Positions 38,170 through 47,677 of a DNA stretch of 64,000 nt are shown one piece after another (within the stretch, counting starts at the first letter, position 1; every line of letters begins with the position of its first letter). The DNA is from Deltaproteobacteria bacterium. Its GTDB lineage: Bacteria > Desulfobacterota > Syntrophia > Syntrophales > UBA5619. Position numbers and translations under genes: made by a program. The notes below the pieces were generated by a model. That model saw only the letters and a list, made by a program, of their open reading frames with translations, was not told the DNA's origin and did not search any database. Where the stretch lies: assembly GCA_021817825.1 (NCBI GenBank), contig JAKAFS010000006.1, positions 1,596-65,595 on the forward strand, given 5' to 3'.

Positions 38170-39044
38170 TGGCAAAACTCAGACGTTCACGCATCTATCT
38201 GCCGGGCAACCGACCCCGGGTGATCCAGAAAGGCACCCTGCTGGGCGCCGATGTGGTGATCCTGGATTTGGAAGACTCGGTGGCCCCGGACGAGAAGGAT
38301 GCGGCGCGGATTCTGGTGACCAATGCGATTAAATCCGTGAACTTCGGCGCCGCCGAGGTCATGGTGAGAATCAATCCCCTGACCACCTGCGGGCGGGAGG
38401 ACCTGGCCGCCGTGTTGCCCGTGGAACCCGATGCGATTGTGGTTCCCAAGTCGGAAAACCGTGAGGGGGTTCAGGTGGTGGAGCGGGCCATTCTGGAAAG
38501 CAAGCTCGGAAAACGGGTCGCGATCCTGCCGCTGATCGAATCGGCAAAGGGGATTCTGAACGCCTACGATATCGCCAGCGCCTCGACGCTGGTGGAGGCG
38601 ATCACCTTCGGCGGCGAAGACTTCACCAAGGACATCGGGGCGACGCGCACCCGCGAGGGACAGGAGATTTTTGTCGGTCGGAGCCTGCTCGTGATTGCCG
38701 CCAAGGCCGCCGGCGTCCAGGCCCTCGATACGGTCTTCTCGGATTTCAACGATATGGAGGGGCTGCGCAAAGACACCCTGGCCGTCAAACAGATGGGATT
38801 CGACGGCCGGGCGGCGATTCATCCTTCCCAGATCGAAGTGATCCACGAAGTATTTACCCCGACGGAAAAGGAAATCCAAGCCGCCGTCAATGTGATCCGG
38901 GCTGCGGAAATCGCCCGCAAAAAAGGCAGCGGCGTGGCGGTCGTCAAGGGAAAGATGATTGACAAGCCGGTCATCGAGCGGGCCGAAAAGGTCATCTGCA
39001 TCGCCGAACGGTTGAGCCTGCCGATTCCCGAGCCCGAAGGATAA
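38169..39044 (+). CDS. citE: Citrate lyase beta subunit/citryl-CoA lyase family
   Basis: LRRSRIYLPGN, ILDLEDSVAPDEKDAAR, VRIN, LIESAKG, FGGEDF, IHPSQI; TAATG coupling with citD. Confidence 0.92.
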   Translation: MAKLRRSRIYLPGNRPRVIQKGTLLGADVVILDLEDSVAPDEKDAARILVTNAIKSVNFGAAEVMVRINPLTTCGREDLAAVLPVEPDAIVVPKSENREGVQVVERAILESKLGKRVAILPLIESAKGILNAYDIASASTLVEAITFGGEDFTKDIGATRTREGQEIFVGRSLLVIAAKAAGVQALDTVFSDFNDMEGLRKDTLAVKQMGFDGRAAIHPSQIEVIHEVFTPTEKEIQAAVNVIRAAEIARKKGSGVAVVKGKMIDKPVIERAEKVICIAERLSLPIPEPEG

Positions 39045-39073
39045 GCAGGGTATTGAAAAACACATTGCTTTGG

Positions 39074-39196
39074 AGGCTGTTCAAAAACGGTTAGCTGCAA
39101 GGCGCGCAAAACCTGAGGAATGAGGCGTACTTTTACGTACGCCGCAGTGACGAAGGTTGCAGTGCAACGCAGCAGATGAACGTTTTTCAACAGCCT
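39074..39196. mobile_element. MITE-like miniature inverted-repeat element (123 bp)
   Basis: Terminal inverted repeats AGGCTGTTCAAAAACG / CGTTTTTCAACAGCCT (15/16 match), internal palindrome GGCGTAC-tttta-CGTACGCC, no coding capacity. Confidence 0.75.
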
Positions 39197-39214
39197 ATAA
39201 GAGGAGAATGCCCC

Positions 39215-40786
39215 ATGTCGAAAGCAAATGAGGCCGTCAATGCCGTCGGGAGGAAAGTGCCCCTGCAAATCGACGGCAGGCGCTATCGTCCCTTTTCGGG
39301 CGCCTTTGCCGAACCCCCCAAGGAGGACAAAAGACGCGTCGGACCGCGGCTCGGAACCATCTTGCATCCCGGCGAGGACAAGGTGGTCGCCACCCTGCGC
39401 AAGGCGATCGAACGGACGGAGCTGAAAGACGGCATGACCGTCTCCTTCCATCACCATTTCCGGGAGGGAGACAAGGTCCTCAACATGGTCATGGCGGAGA
39501 TTGCCGCCATGGGATTCAAGAACATGACCATCGCCCCTTCCTCTCTGTTCCCGGTCCACGAACCGCTGCTCGAACACATCAAAAACGGCGTGGTCACCTG
39601 CATCGAAGGGGGCAGCGCCCAGGGGAAGATCGGCCGGGCGATTTCCCGGGGCGTGATGGAGCGCCCCATGGTCATCCGCTCCCACGGCGGCCGGGTGCGG
39701 GCCATCGAAAGAGGGGATCTGCACATCGACGCGGCCTTTATCGGCGCCCCCTGCGCCGATGCCATCGGAAACTGCAACGGCGTGAAAGGACCCTCGGCCT
39801 GCGGTCCCCTCGCCTATGCCCTGGCCGACGCCATCTACAGCGAAAAGACGGTGGCCGTGACCGATTACCTGGAAGAAACGCCGGTCGTTCCCATCAGCAT
39901 CACCCAGGAGTTCGTGGGAACGGTCGTCAAGGTGGACAACATCGGCGACCCCGCGAAAATCGTCTCCACTTCCCTGCGCATCACCAGGGACACGGTCAAT
40001 CTCGGGATTGCCAGGAACGCCGTGCGCGTCATCGAGGCCTCCGAGGTCTTTCGCAACGGCATCCGCTTCCAGACCGGGGCCGGCGGGACCTCTCTGGCGG
40101 TGACCCAGTTCCTCGGCGAACGGATGAGAGAGCGGGGCATCGTGGGCAGCTTCGGCATGGGGGGGACGACGGAGGGGCTGGTCCGATTGCTCGAACAGGG
40201 ACTCCTCAAAAAGATCCTGACCGTCCAGGCCTTCGATCAGTACGCGATCCAATCGCTCCTGAACGACGTGAACCACATCGAAATCGGGGCCGGCTTCTAT
40301 GCCAACCCGCATAACCGCGGCACGGCGGTCAATCTGCTGGACGCCGTGGTTCTGGGCGCCACCGAAATCGACGTCCACTTCAACGTCAACGTGAACACCC
40401 ACTCCGACGGGTTGCTCCAGTATGCGACGGGGGGCCATGCGGACACCGCGGCGGGCGCCAAACTCACCATCATCACCACCCCTCTCATTCGGGGGCGCAT
40501 TCCGGTCGTCGTGGACGACGTGGTCGTGGTGTCCACGCCCGGCGAATCGGTGGACGTTCTCGTGACGGACTACGGCATCGCCGTGAATCCGCGGAGGCCC
40601 GATCTGATCGATCAGATGAAGGCCGCGAACGTTCCTTTGAAGACGATCGAAGAATTGCGGGACTTGGCTTACAGCATCACCGGAAAACCGCAGAAGCCCG
40701 TGTTTACCGATAAGGTCGTCGCCCTCATCGAGTACCGGGACGGCACGCTGATCGATGTCTTGCGGCAAATCGCGCCGGAACGTTGA
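39215..40786 (+). CDS. citF: Citrate lyase alpha subunit (citrate CoA/ACP transferase)
   Basis: LKDGMTVSFHHHFREGD, IRSHGGRVRAI, SACGPLAYA, FQTGAGG, LGATEID..FNVNV, TPGESVDVLVTDYGIAVNP. Confidence 0.95.
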   Translation: MSKANEAVNAVGRKVPLQIDGRRYRPFSGAFAEPPKEDKRRVGPRLGTILHPGEDKVVATLRKAIERTELKDGMTVSFHHHFREGDKVLNMVMAEIAAMGFKNMTIAPSSLFPVHEPLLEHIKNGVVTCIEGGSAQGKIGRAISRGVMERPMVIRSHGGRVRAIERGDLHIDAAFIGAPCADAIGNCNGVKGPSACGPLAYALADAIYSEKTVAVTDYLEETPVVPISITQEFVGTVVKVDNIGDPAKIVSTSLRITRDTVNLGIARNAVRVIEASEVFRNGIRFQTGAGGTSLAVTQFLGERMRERGIVGSFGMGGTTEGLVRLLEQGLLKKILTVQAFDQYAIQSLLNDVNHIEIGAGFYANPHNRGTAVNLLDAVVLGATEIDVHFNVNVNTHSDGLLQYATGGHADTAAGAKLTIITTPLIRGRIPVVVDDVVVVSTPGESVDVLVTDYGIAVNPRRPDLIDQMKAANVPLKTIEELRDLAYSITGKPQKPVFTDKVVALIEYRDGTLIDVLRQIAPER

Positions 40787-40819
40787 ACCCTGAAGCGGCA
40801 TCGGAACGGGGCGTCTTTC

Positions 40820-40850
40820 CCGATCCTTAGGACTGACGGATAAGGATCGG
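40820..40850 (+). terminator. Hairpin after citF
   Basis: CCGATCCTTA-N11-TAAGGATCGG. Confidence 0.5.
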
Positions 40851-41033
40851 CAGACAAATGATTTGACAAAAAACCTGGGCAGTGTTTTTTTATTCTTACC
40901 TTAACTGATCGTTCTGGCCCGCCTGATGGGCACGTTTGCATCGAAGTCGGTTTTCGATCGGTCGATCGGGAACCCTTTGACTCGGTTTTCAATTTTGAAC
41001 TGCTGTAGTTCACACAAACATGAAGGAGACAAT

Positions 41034-42284
41034 ATGAAGGAATCATCTAAGACACCTTGGGACATCGAAGGAAAGTGGTCTGTTTCGCCTTATGGATGGG
41101 CAGAAGAGGTGCGCAAGGAATTTCCCCTGATGCCTAAAAAGATCCTCATCCGCGACGACACCTTCCGGGAAGGCGACCATTGCATCGGATATCGCATGAG
41201 TTTCGAAGACAAGATCGAGCTCCTGCGCCTCGCCGTGGAAATGGGGGTCGAGGAGATCGACATCGGCGGTCCCACGCTGCACCAGACCGAATACAATCTG
41301 ACCGGCGCCCTGAAGTCTTCCGGTATCAAAGTTCGCAAGACGGCCCGCATCTTCGGTAACAAAAACGCTGATTTTCGGCGGGAAATCGATATGTGCATGG
41401 AAGCCGGCGCCGACAACCTGCGCATCGTTCTGATGTATCTCAACGAGCAGAAGGTTCTCGACGAGCTCAAGAACCTTCCCGCCCTCTTCGACTACGTTCA
41501 CAGCCAGCACAAGACCACCATCAGCTGGGCGATCTCGGACACTCCCCGGGCCCCCATGCATCTGATCCGGAAGGTCTACGAAGACGGCCTGGCCGCCGGC
41601 GGAGACAAGGCGGGAGTCAACGACACCTTCGGGATCGCGACCCCGACGGTGATGCGCTATCTGACCCGCGTGATTCGGGAGATCATTCCGCCGACGATGG
41701 ACCTCAAGGCCCATTGCCACAATACCTACGGCTTGGCCACGGCCAACACCCTGGCCTGTGCCGAGGGAGGGGCCACGGAACTTGATTGCTGCATCAACGG
41801 CTACGGCGACGAGGCGGGCAATGCCTCTCTTGAGGAGGTGGCCGTGAGCCTTGAGGCGCTCTATGGTGTCGATACGGGGCTTGACCTCACGATGATGAAC
41901 AAGTATTCGCAGTTGGCCGTCGAGAAGGGAAAGATGCCGATCCAGGCCTTCAAGGCCGTCGTCGGTGAAAACGCCTTCCTGCGGCCGATGTTGATCTGGT
42001 CGGGCGTCAACATGGCCAAAGAGTCCTGGATGCTCCATGAACCGCTGGATCCGGACTGCGTGGGAGCGACCTCGACGGTGGTCTTCGGTCCGGCCCAGAG
42101 CCTGGAAGACGAACCGATCGAAGTGAAGTTCAAGGAAATGGGGATTCCCTGCACGCCGGAGAAGATCGTCAAGGCCCGAGCCGAGGCGGAGAAGATGCTC
42201 GCCGAAGAGAGGACGGTCAAGATCCGCGCCCACAAGTACGTGACCGAGGCGGAGTTCGAGGACATTCTGAAGAAGATCGGCTGA
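41034..42284 (+). CDS. LeuA/homocitrate/citramalate synthase family (DRE-TIM) acyltransferase without C-terminal regulatory domain
   Basis: IRDDTFREGDH, DTFGIATP, HCHNTYGLATANTL, NGYGDEAGNASLEE, KAVVGENAF; AAGGAG RBS. Confidence 0.88.
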   Translation: MKESSKTPWDIEGKWSVSPYGWAEEVRKEFPLMPKKILIRDDTFREGDHCIGYRMSFEDKIELLRLAVEMGVEEIDIGGPTLHQTEYNLTGALKSSGIKVRKTARIFGNKNADFRREIDMCMEAGADNLRIVLMYLNEQKVLDELKNLPALFDYVHSQHKTTISWAISDTPRAPMHLIRKVYEDGLAAGGDKAGVNDTFGIATPTVMRYLTRVIREIIPPTMDLKAHCHNTYGLATANTLACAEGGATELDCCINGYGDEAGNASLEEVAVSLEALYGVDTGLDLTMMNKYSQLAVEKGKMPIQAFKAVVGENAFLRPMLIWSGVNMAKESWMLHEPLDPDCVGATSTVVFGPAQSLEDEPIEVKFKEMGIPCTPEKIVKARAEAEKMLAEERTVKIRAHKYVTEAEFEDILKKIG

Positions 42285-42356
42285 TGGAGAGCTTTCCTTG
42301 CAAGCTGAGAAGGTGAAGAAGTTTAGAAGTTTGGATACCAAAACTAACAAAGGAGG

Positions 42357-42797
42357 ATGAAGATTATGGCGGACGTAGTGACAGTATACAAGTTGACCTT
42401 GGAGGGAGCGCACAAGATCATGGATGCCGTCTATAAAGCGGCCGGGGAAAAGGCAAAGAAGATGAGCGTGGCCATCGTGGACGACGGGGGGAACCTGATT
42501 CTCTTCTCCCGGTCGGACAATGCCGGCCTCACGACCCAGAGCGTCGCCCTCACCAAGGCACGCGCCGCGGCGATGACCCGCATGCCCTCGGGCAAGAAGA
42601 GCGGCTCCGGCAAGGAGAGAAGCGATCACCACGCCCTGGCGATCACGATGGCCTCCGGATTCGATCGCTTCTGCACCATGGAAGGCGGGATTCCCATCAA
42701 GGTGAAGGGCCAGGTGATCGGCGGGGTGGCCGTCAGCGGCGTGGGCGACAATGACCCGGATATCGCCGCGGCCGGGGCCAATATCCTCGACGTGTAG
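42357..42797 (+). CDS. GlcG/HbpS (heme-binding, PduO C-terminal-like) family protein
   Basis: SVAIVDDGGNL, A.TKARAAA, GGIPIKVKGQVIGGVAVSG. Confidence 0.88.
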   Translation: MKIMADVVTVYKLTLEGAHKIMDAVYKAAGEKAKKMSVAIVDDGGNLILFSRSDNAGLTTQSVALTKARAAAMTRMPSGKKSGSGKERSDHHALAITMASGFDRFCTMEGGIPIKVKGQVIGGVAVSGVGDNDPDIAAAGANILDV

Positions 42798-43076
42798 GAA
42801 AAACCCAAGCCCTCTCCGACGCCAACAGGCATCAGGAGAAGAGGACAGGCGATTGGGAAGACGGCCCCGGCAGATCTGGACCGATCTGCCGGGCCGCCAT
42901 CATGCGGCGGCGAAGGCCGGACCAAGTGAAGATTCAATGGAAGCGCTCCACAGCACCGTAGGCTGCGGCGAATCTTCGCCTCCCTTTAAAGAGGGATAAA
43001 TAATGTCATTTTGCTCGCTTGCCCCTACGGACAAGCCGCGGGGAGTGCGTTCGCGGGCGGATTCATGGAGGATGAA

Positions 43077-44204
43077 ATGGACCAAAAGGTTATTGGGGCC
43101 GAGACAGTGTTTCAGATCGCAAAAATACGCACCTGGCGAGCGATCCTGAAGAGAAAGCAGGTCTGGAAGACGGCGCGTTATACGAAGGGGGACATCGAGT
43201 CCCTGATCGTCGGGTTGGAAGACAAGGAAGGCAACATCGGCTACGGTTATGTGCCGTCCATGTTCCTGGAAGGCGAATCCGCCCCCTCGGCCGAGGCGAT
43301 CCTGTATACGGTTCTGGCCAAGGTGCTTGTGGGCCGGGAGTATGCGGGACCCCAGATGGTGATGAGGGAAGTGGAGTCCTCGCTCTACCACAACCACCAG
43401 ATCAAGTTCGCCGTCGAAGAGGCCATGCTCGATCTCATGGCCAAGAAGCTCAACACCCCGCTGTTCAATCTGCTCGGCGGGCTCTGTTTCCCGGAAATGC
43501 CGGTCATGAAGGCCCTGACCCTGAAAACGCCCGAGGAAGTGGCGGCCGACGCCCTGAAGCTCAAGGAGAGGGGCTTCACCCATTGCAAGCTGAAGGTCGG
43601 CATCGACCCCAAGCGTGATGTGGCGGCCGTGAAGGCGGTCCGCGCGGCCGTGGGTCCCGAATTCTTCATCTCCATCGACGCCAACCAGTCCTACACGCCC
43701 ATGCAGGCGATCAACGTGATCAACGGCTGCGCCGATGCGGACCTCAATCTGGCCGAGCAGCCGATCCGGCGGGACGATCCCAAGCAGATGGCCTTTGTCC
43801 GGCAGCGGGTTTCCGTCCCGATCATGGCGGACGAAGGATGCCGGACCCCGATGGATGTGATGCGGCTGATCGAGGCGAACGCCGTCGACGCCGTGAGCAT
43901 CAAGCTCTGGAACGTGGGCGGTTTCTTCAAGGGCAAGGAGATCGCCGCACTGGCGAGCGCGAACAACATCCTGACCCACATCGCCAGCACGCCGGCGAGC
44001 CGGCTCATGGAGGCCGGACAGCTCCACTTTGCCGCCTCCACGCCCACCATGTTCGGCGGCTGCGAGCTCGGCGAATTCGATCCCTTGCTCGAAGATCCGG
44101 CCTCGGGGCTGGATATCGTCGACGGCAAGCTCAAGGTGCCGATGGGACCCGGCTTGGGGATCAAGCTTGACCTCAGCAATGCCCGCGAGACGACACCTGC
44201 GTAA
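43077..44204 (+). CDS. Enolase superfamily, mandelate racemase/muconate lactonizing enzyme subgroup
   Basis: KLKVG, IDANQ, EQP, IMADE, SIKL, PGLG; GGAGGA RBS. Confidence 0.9.
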   Translation: MDQKVIGAETVFQIAKIRTWRAILKRKQVWKTARYTKGDIESLIVGLEDKEGNIGYGYVPSMFLEGESAPSAEAILYTVLAKVLVGREYAGPQMVMREVESSLYHNHQIKFAVEEAMLDLMAKKLNTPLFNLLGGLCFPEMPVMKALTLKTPEEVAADALKLKERGFTHCKLKVGIDPKRDVAAVKAVRAAVGPEFFISIDANQSYTPMQAINVINGCADADLNLAEQPIRRDDPKQMAFVRQRVSVPIMADEGCRTPMDVMRLIEANAVDAVSIKLWNVGGFFKGKEIAALASANNILTHIASTPASRLMEAGQLHFAASTPTMFGGCELGEFDPLLEDPASGLDIVDGKLKVPMGPGLGIKLDLSNARETTPA

Positions 44205-44317
44205 CAAAACAGAGTCCCGGATTCCGGCTCTCCCGCTCCTTGTGACCGGGAGAGCCGGGTCCGCTCCGGTTTGGGAACATCTTTAACTGAATACGGTTTT
44301 TTGATAGGAGGACCAGG

Positions 44318-45754
44318 ATGCACAAACAGAGTGATTCCGCGCCAGAGGAAGCGACCCGCACCCTCTCCCGATTCATCGCCGAAGCCGATTATGCCCAGCT
44401 TCCCGCCGTCGTCACCGAAAGGGTCAAGCACAGCATCCTGGATACCCTCGGCATCATCATGCCGGCGAGCGTCTTGATGCCCGATCTTACGGCCGCCATC
44501 GATCTGCGCATCGAAGCGGGCGGCAAGGAGGAAAGCAGCATCCTGGCCTACGGCGTCAAGGCGCCCTGCTGGGAGGCGGCCTTCGCCAACGGCGTCCGGG
44601 GCCACGCGCTCGATTACGCGGACGGCCATCTGGAAGCGGTCTTCCGGATCGGGATCAGCGTCATCCCCGGGGCCTTGGCCATTGCCGAAAGGATCGGCGG
44701 GGTCAGCGGCAAGGCGTTCATCACCGCCGTTGCCACGGGCGAAGAGATTCTCTGTCGTCTCGGCATCTCCGTCGCCCGCAAACGCAAGACCATGGGCCCC
44801 TGGCATTCCGGCATCCTGCTGGGGAATTTCGGGGCCACCGCCTCGGCCGCCAAAGTCCTGGGCTTGAACGCCGATCAGACCGACCGGGCCTTCGGCATCG
44901 CCTTTCTGCAAACCGGCGGCACGGAAACCACCACGGCGCCGGATTCCAATATCCGCGGGATGTATGGCGGTTTTGTCTCCCAGACCGGCGTCCTGGCCGC
45001 CCTGATGTCGCAACGGGGCATCCTCGGCCCCAAGGGTTGCCTGGAGTCGCCCGAGAATGGGTTGTTTGACGCCTATTATCGCGGCCTCTACGACCGGGAA
45101 GCCCTTATCGACCAACTGGGGGCGCGGTACGAAGTGGAGAACCTCAGCTTCAAGCCCTGGCCGGCCTGCGCCTTCACCCACCCCTATATCGGCGCGATGC
45201 TGGATCTTCTGGCGGAAAACAAGCTCAGCGGCGAGGATATCGAAGAAATCGATGTCTATGTCGGGAAAATCAACTGGGCGCTCTGCGAGCCCATCGACCC
45301 GGACCAGGGAAAGGTGCCGACCACCACCAATGACGCCAAGCGCAGCATTCCTTTCAACGTGGCCGTCGCTGCCGCCCGGGGAAAGGTCTCCTTCGGCGAT
45401 TTCACCGCCGAAGGGCTTCGCGATCCCGAGTTGTTGAAGATGGCCAAAAAAGTCCGCCGCCTATCGGATCCGGAACTCGACGCCGACAATTTTGCGAAAG
45501 AGGGCAGTCAGCTCCCTCCCGGCAAGGTGGGGGTGAAGGTCAAGGGCGGGAAGCGCTACATCAAACAGGTCAGCGTGCCCTACGGCCATCACCTCAACCC
45601 CGTCAAGGGCCCCGACATCGTGGAGAAATTCCGGGACTGTGTGGCCTTTTCTCCGCGGCCGATTCCCGCCGCCGACCGGGAGCGGGTGATCGACATGATT
45701 CTCCATCTGGAAGAGGTTCCCGATATTCGGGAGATCATCCGGTTGCTGGCCTGA
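44318..45754 (+). CDS. MmgE/PrpD family protein
   Basis: ILDTLG, AAFANG..GHALDYADGH, FKPWPACAFTH, EKFRDC. Confidence 0.9.
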   Translation: MHKQSDSAPEEATRTLSRFIAEADYAQLPAVVTERVKHSILDTLGIIMPASVLMPDLTAAIDLRIEAGGKEESSILAYGVKAPCWEAAFANGVRGHALDYADGHLEAVFRIGISVIPGALAIAERIGGVSGKAFITAVATGEEILCRLGISVARKRKTMGPWHSGILLGNFGATASAAKVLGLNADQTDRAFGIAFLQTGGTETTTAPDSNIRGMYGGFVSQTGVLAALMSQRGILGPKGCLESPENGLFDAYYRGLYDREALIDQLGARYEVENLSFKPWPACAFTHPYIGAMLDLLAENKLSGEDIEEIDVYVGKINWALCEPIDPDQGKVPTTTNDAKRSIPFNVAVAAARGKVSFGDFTAEGLRDPELLKMAKKVRRLSDPELDADNFAKEGSQLPPGKVGVKVKGGKRYIKQVSVPYGHHLNPVKGPDIVEKFRDCVAFSPRPIPAADRERVIDMILHLEEVPDIREIIRLLA

Positions 45755-45778
45755 TTTTGATATAAAGAGCGAGGGACC

Positions 45779-47638
45779 ATGCCGTACGGATACACGGGCA
45801 GAATTCTCTGGATCGACCTGACCGAAGGGTCGATCCGGGAAGAAACCCCCGATGAGAGCTTCTACCGCAGGTATGTCGGAGGACGCGGCATCGGCGCCTG
45901 GGCGTTGCTGAAATATCAGTCGGCCCGGGTGGATGCCTTCGGTCCCGACAACATCCTCGGATTTACCGCGGGCCTCCTGGTCGGCTTCCTGCCCGGAGCG
46001 ACCCGCTGCTCCATCGTGACCAAGTCGCCGCTCACGGACGGCTGGGGGGATGCGAGCGTCGGCGGCCCCCTGGCCACGAAGCTCAAACAGGCGGGATTCG
46101 ACGCCGTCTTCCTCAAAGGCATCGCTCCCCATCCCGTTTACCTCACCCTGATCGACGGCCAGGCCGAGTTGCACGATGCCCGACCCCTCTGGGGAAAAGG
46201 GACTCGCGAGACCCTTGATTTGCTGGCCGCCGAGACCCCGGGAATCCGTCCCGGCATCGCCTGCATCGGCCCGGCCGGCGAAAACCGCTCCTTGATCGCG
46301 GCGATCGTTTCGACCCAGGGGGTGGCGGCCCGGGGCGGGTTGGGGGCGGTCATGGGGGCAAAGCAGCTCAAGGCGATCGTCGTGCAAGGGGCGGCCAAGC
46401 CCGAGGCGGCGGACGCCGCGCGGGCCAAGGCGCTACAGAAAGAGATCTTCAAACATCTCAGCACGAGCCCGATGATGCCCTTGGCGAAATTTCGCGGTCA
46501 GGGCACCTGTGCGGGCTTTGAGGACAATGTCGTTTCCGGCGGCGCCCCCATCAAAAACTGGCAACTTTCCGGCGCCGAGGCCATGCCGACGTACACAAAT
46601 CTCGGCAAGGTCCTGCAATACCGGACCAAGGAAACGGCCTGCCCCGGCTGTCCGATCGCCTGCAAGGGCCGGGTGCGCATCGCGGAGGGGCCTTTCCAGG
46701 GGGCGGAGATGGAAAAGCCCGAGTATGAAAGCCTCAATGCGCTAGGTCCCATGTGCCTCAACGACAACCTCGAAGGGGTGATGAAGGCCAACGATCTGTG
46801 CAACCACTACGGCCTGGATACCATCTCCGCGGGAACGACCGTTGCCTTTGCGATGGAGTGTTACGAGCGGGGTCTCATCACCCAAAGGGATACCGGCGGC
46901 GTGGCGCTGACCTGGGGCAATATCGAGGCCACCCTGACCCTGATCGAACAAATGGCCCTCCGGCAGGGTTTCGGCGCGATCCTGGCCGACGGGACGCGCA
47001 AGGCCGCCGAGCGGATCGGGCGGGGCAGCGAGCGCTATGCGGTCCAGGTCCATGGTCGCGAAGTGCCGATGCACAACCCCCGCCAGTTTCCCGGAACGGC
47101 CCATATCGTCGCCTACAGCTGCGAACCCAACCCTTCCAACCACGTCCCCAGCAAAGGGATCGGCAACATCGAACTCGCCAAGGACCTGGGGCCCTATCCC
47201 GAACTCAAAGGCGTGAAAGCGGAGATGGACGATTTTCAGGCCAAGCTGGACATCTACCGAAGGGGCCACTCCTGGTTCCACTTCGTCGAGGCCTGCGGCC
47301 TGTGCTCCTTCGTGATGAATACGGGCCTGCCGATCGTGGATGTGGTGCAGGCCGTCACGGGTTGGGACTTCACCGCCGAGGAATTGCTGTTGACCGGGGA
47401 ACGGATCCAGACGCTGCGGCAACTCTTCAATTTCCGGGAAGGGATCAGGCCCGCCGATTTCCAGCTGCCCGAGCGCGTCGTAGAACCGCCGCCCACGGGT
47501 CCCCACAAGGAAAAAAGGTATCCCATCGATGACATAAGACGCACCTATTTTCAGGCGATGAGTTGGGACCCGGTGACCGGGCAACCTTCGCCGCAGCGGC
47601 TGCGTGAACTCGGTTTGGAGGGGATGATCGAAAAATAG
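45779..47638 (+). CDS. Aldehyde:ferredoxin oxidoreductase (AOR family, W/Mo-pterin)
   Basis: GYTGRILWIDL, KSPLT, CIGPAGE, RGGLGAVMGAKQLKAI, CPGCPIAC, EYES, GLDTIS, CGLC. Confidence 0.93.
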   Translation: MPYGYTGRILWIDLTEGSIREETPDESFYRRYVGGRGIGAWALLKYQSARVDAFGPDNILGFTAGLLVGFLPGATRCSIVTKSPLTDGWGDASVGGPLATKLKQAGFDAVFLKGIAPHPVYLTLIDGQAELHDARPLWGKGTRETLDLLAAETPGIRPGIACIGPAGENRSLIAAIVSTQGVAARGGLGAVMGAKQLKAIVVQGAAKPEAADAARAKALQKEIFKHLSTSPMMPLAKFRGQGTCAGFEDNVVSGGAPIKNWQLSGAEAMPTYTNLGKVLQYRTKETACPGCPIACKGRVRIAEGPFQGAEMEKPEYESLNALGPMCLNDNLEGVMKANDLCNHYGLDTISAGTTVAFAMECYERGLITQRDTGGVALTWGNIEATLTLIEQMALRQGFGAILADGTRKAAERIGRGSERYAVQVHGREVPMHNPRQFPGTAHIVAYSCEPNPSNHVPSKGIGNIELAKDLGPYPELKGVKAEMDDFQAKLDIYRRGHSWFHFVEACGLCSFVMNTGLPIVDVVQAVTGWDFTAEELLLTGERIQTLRQLFNFREGIRPADFQLPERVVEPPPTGPHKEKRYPIDDIRRTYFQAMSWDPVTGQPSPQRLRELGLEGMIEK

Positions 47639-47677
47639 TTTTAACTTAAGTAGCCAAATAACGAATAAGAGGTGCTC

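Noticed and set aside
40863-40896. TTGACA upstream of the LeuA-family gene as a sigma-70 promoter
   Set aside because: The nearest -10-like hexamer (TATTCT) is 22 bp away, so the spacing is unsupported
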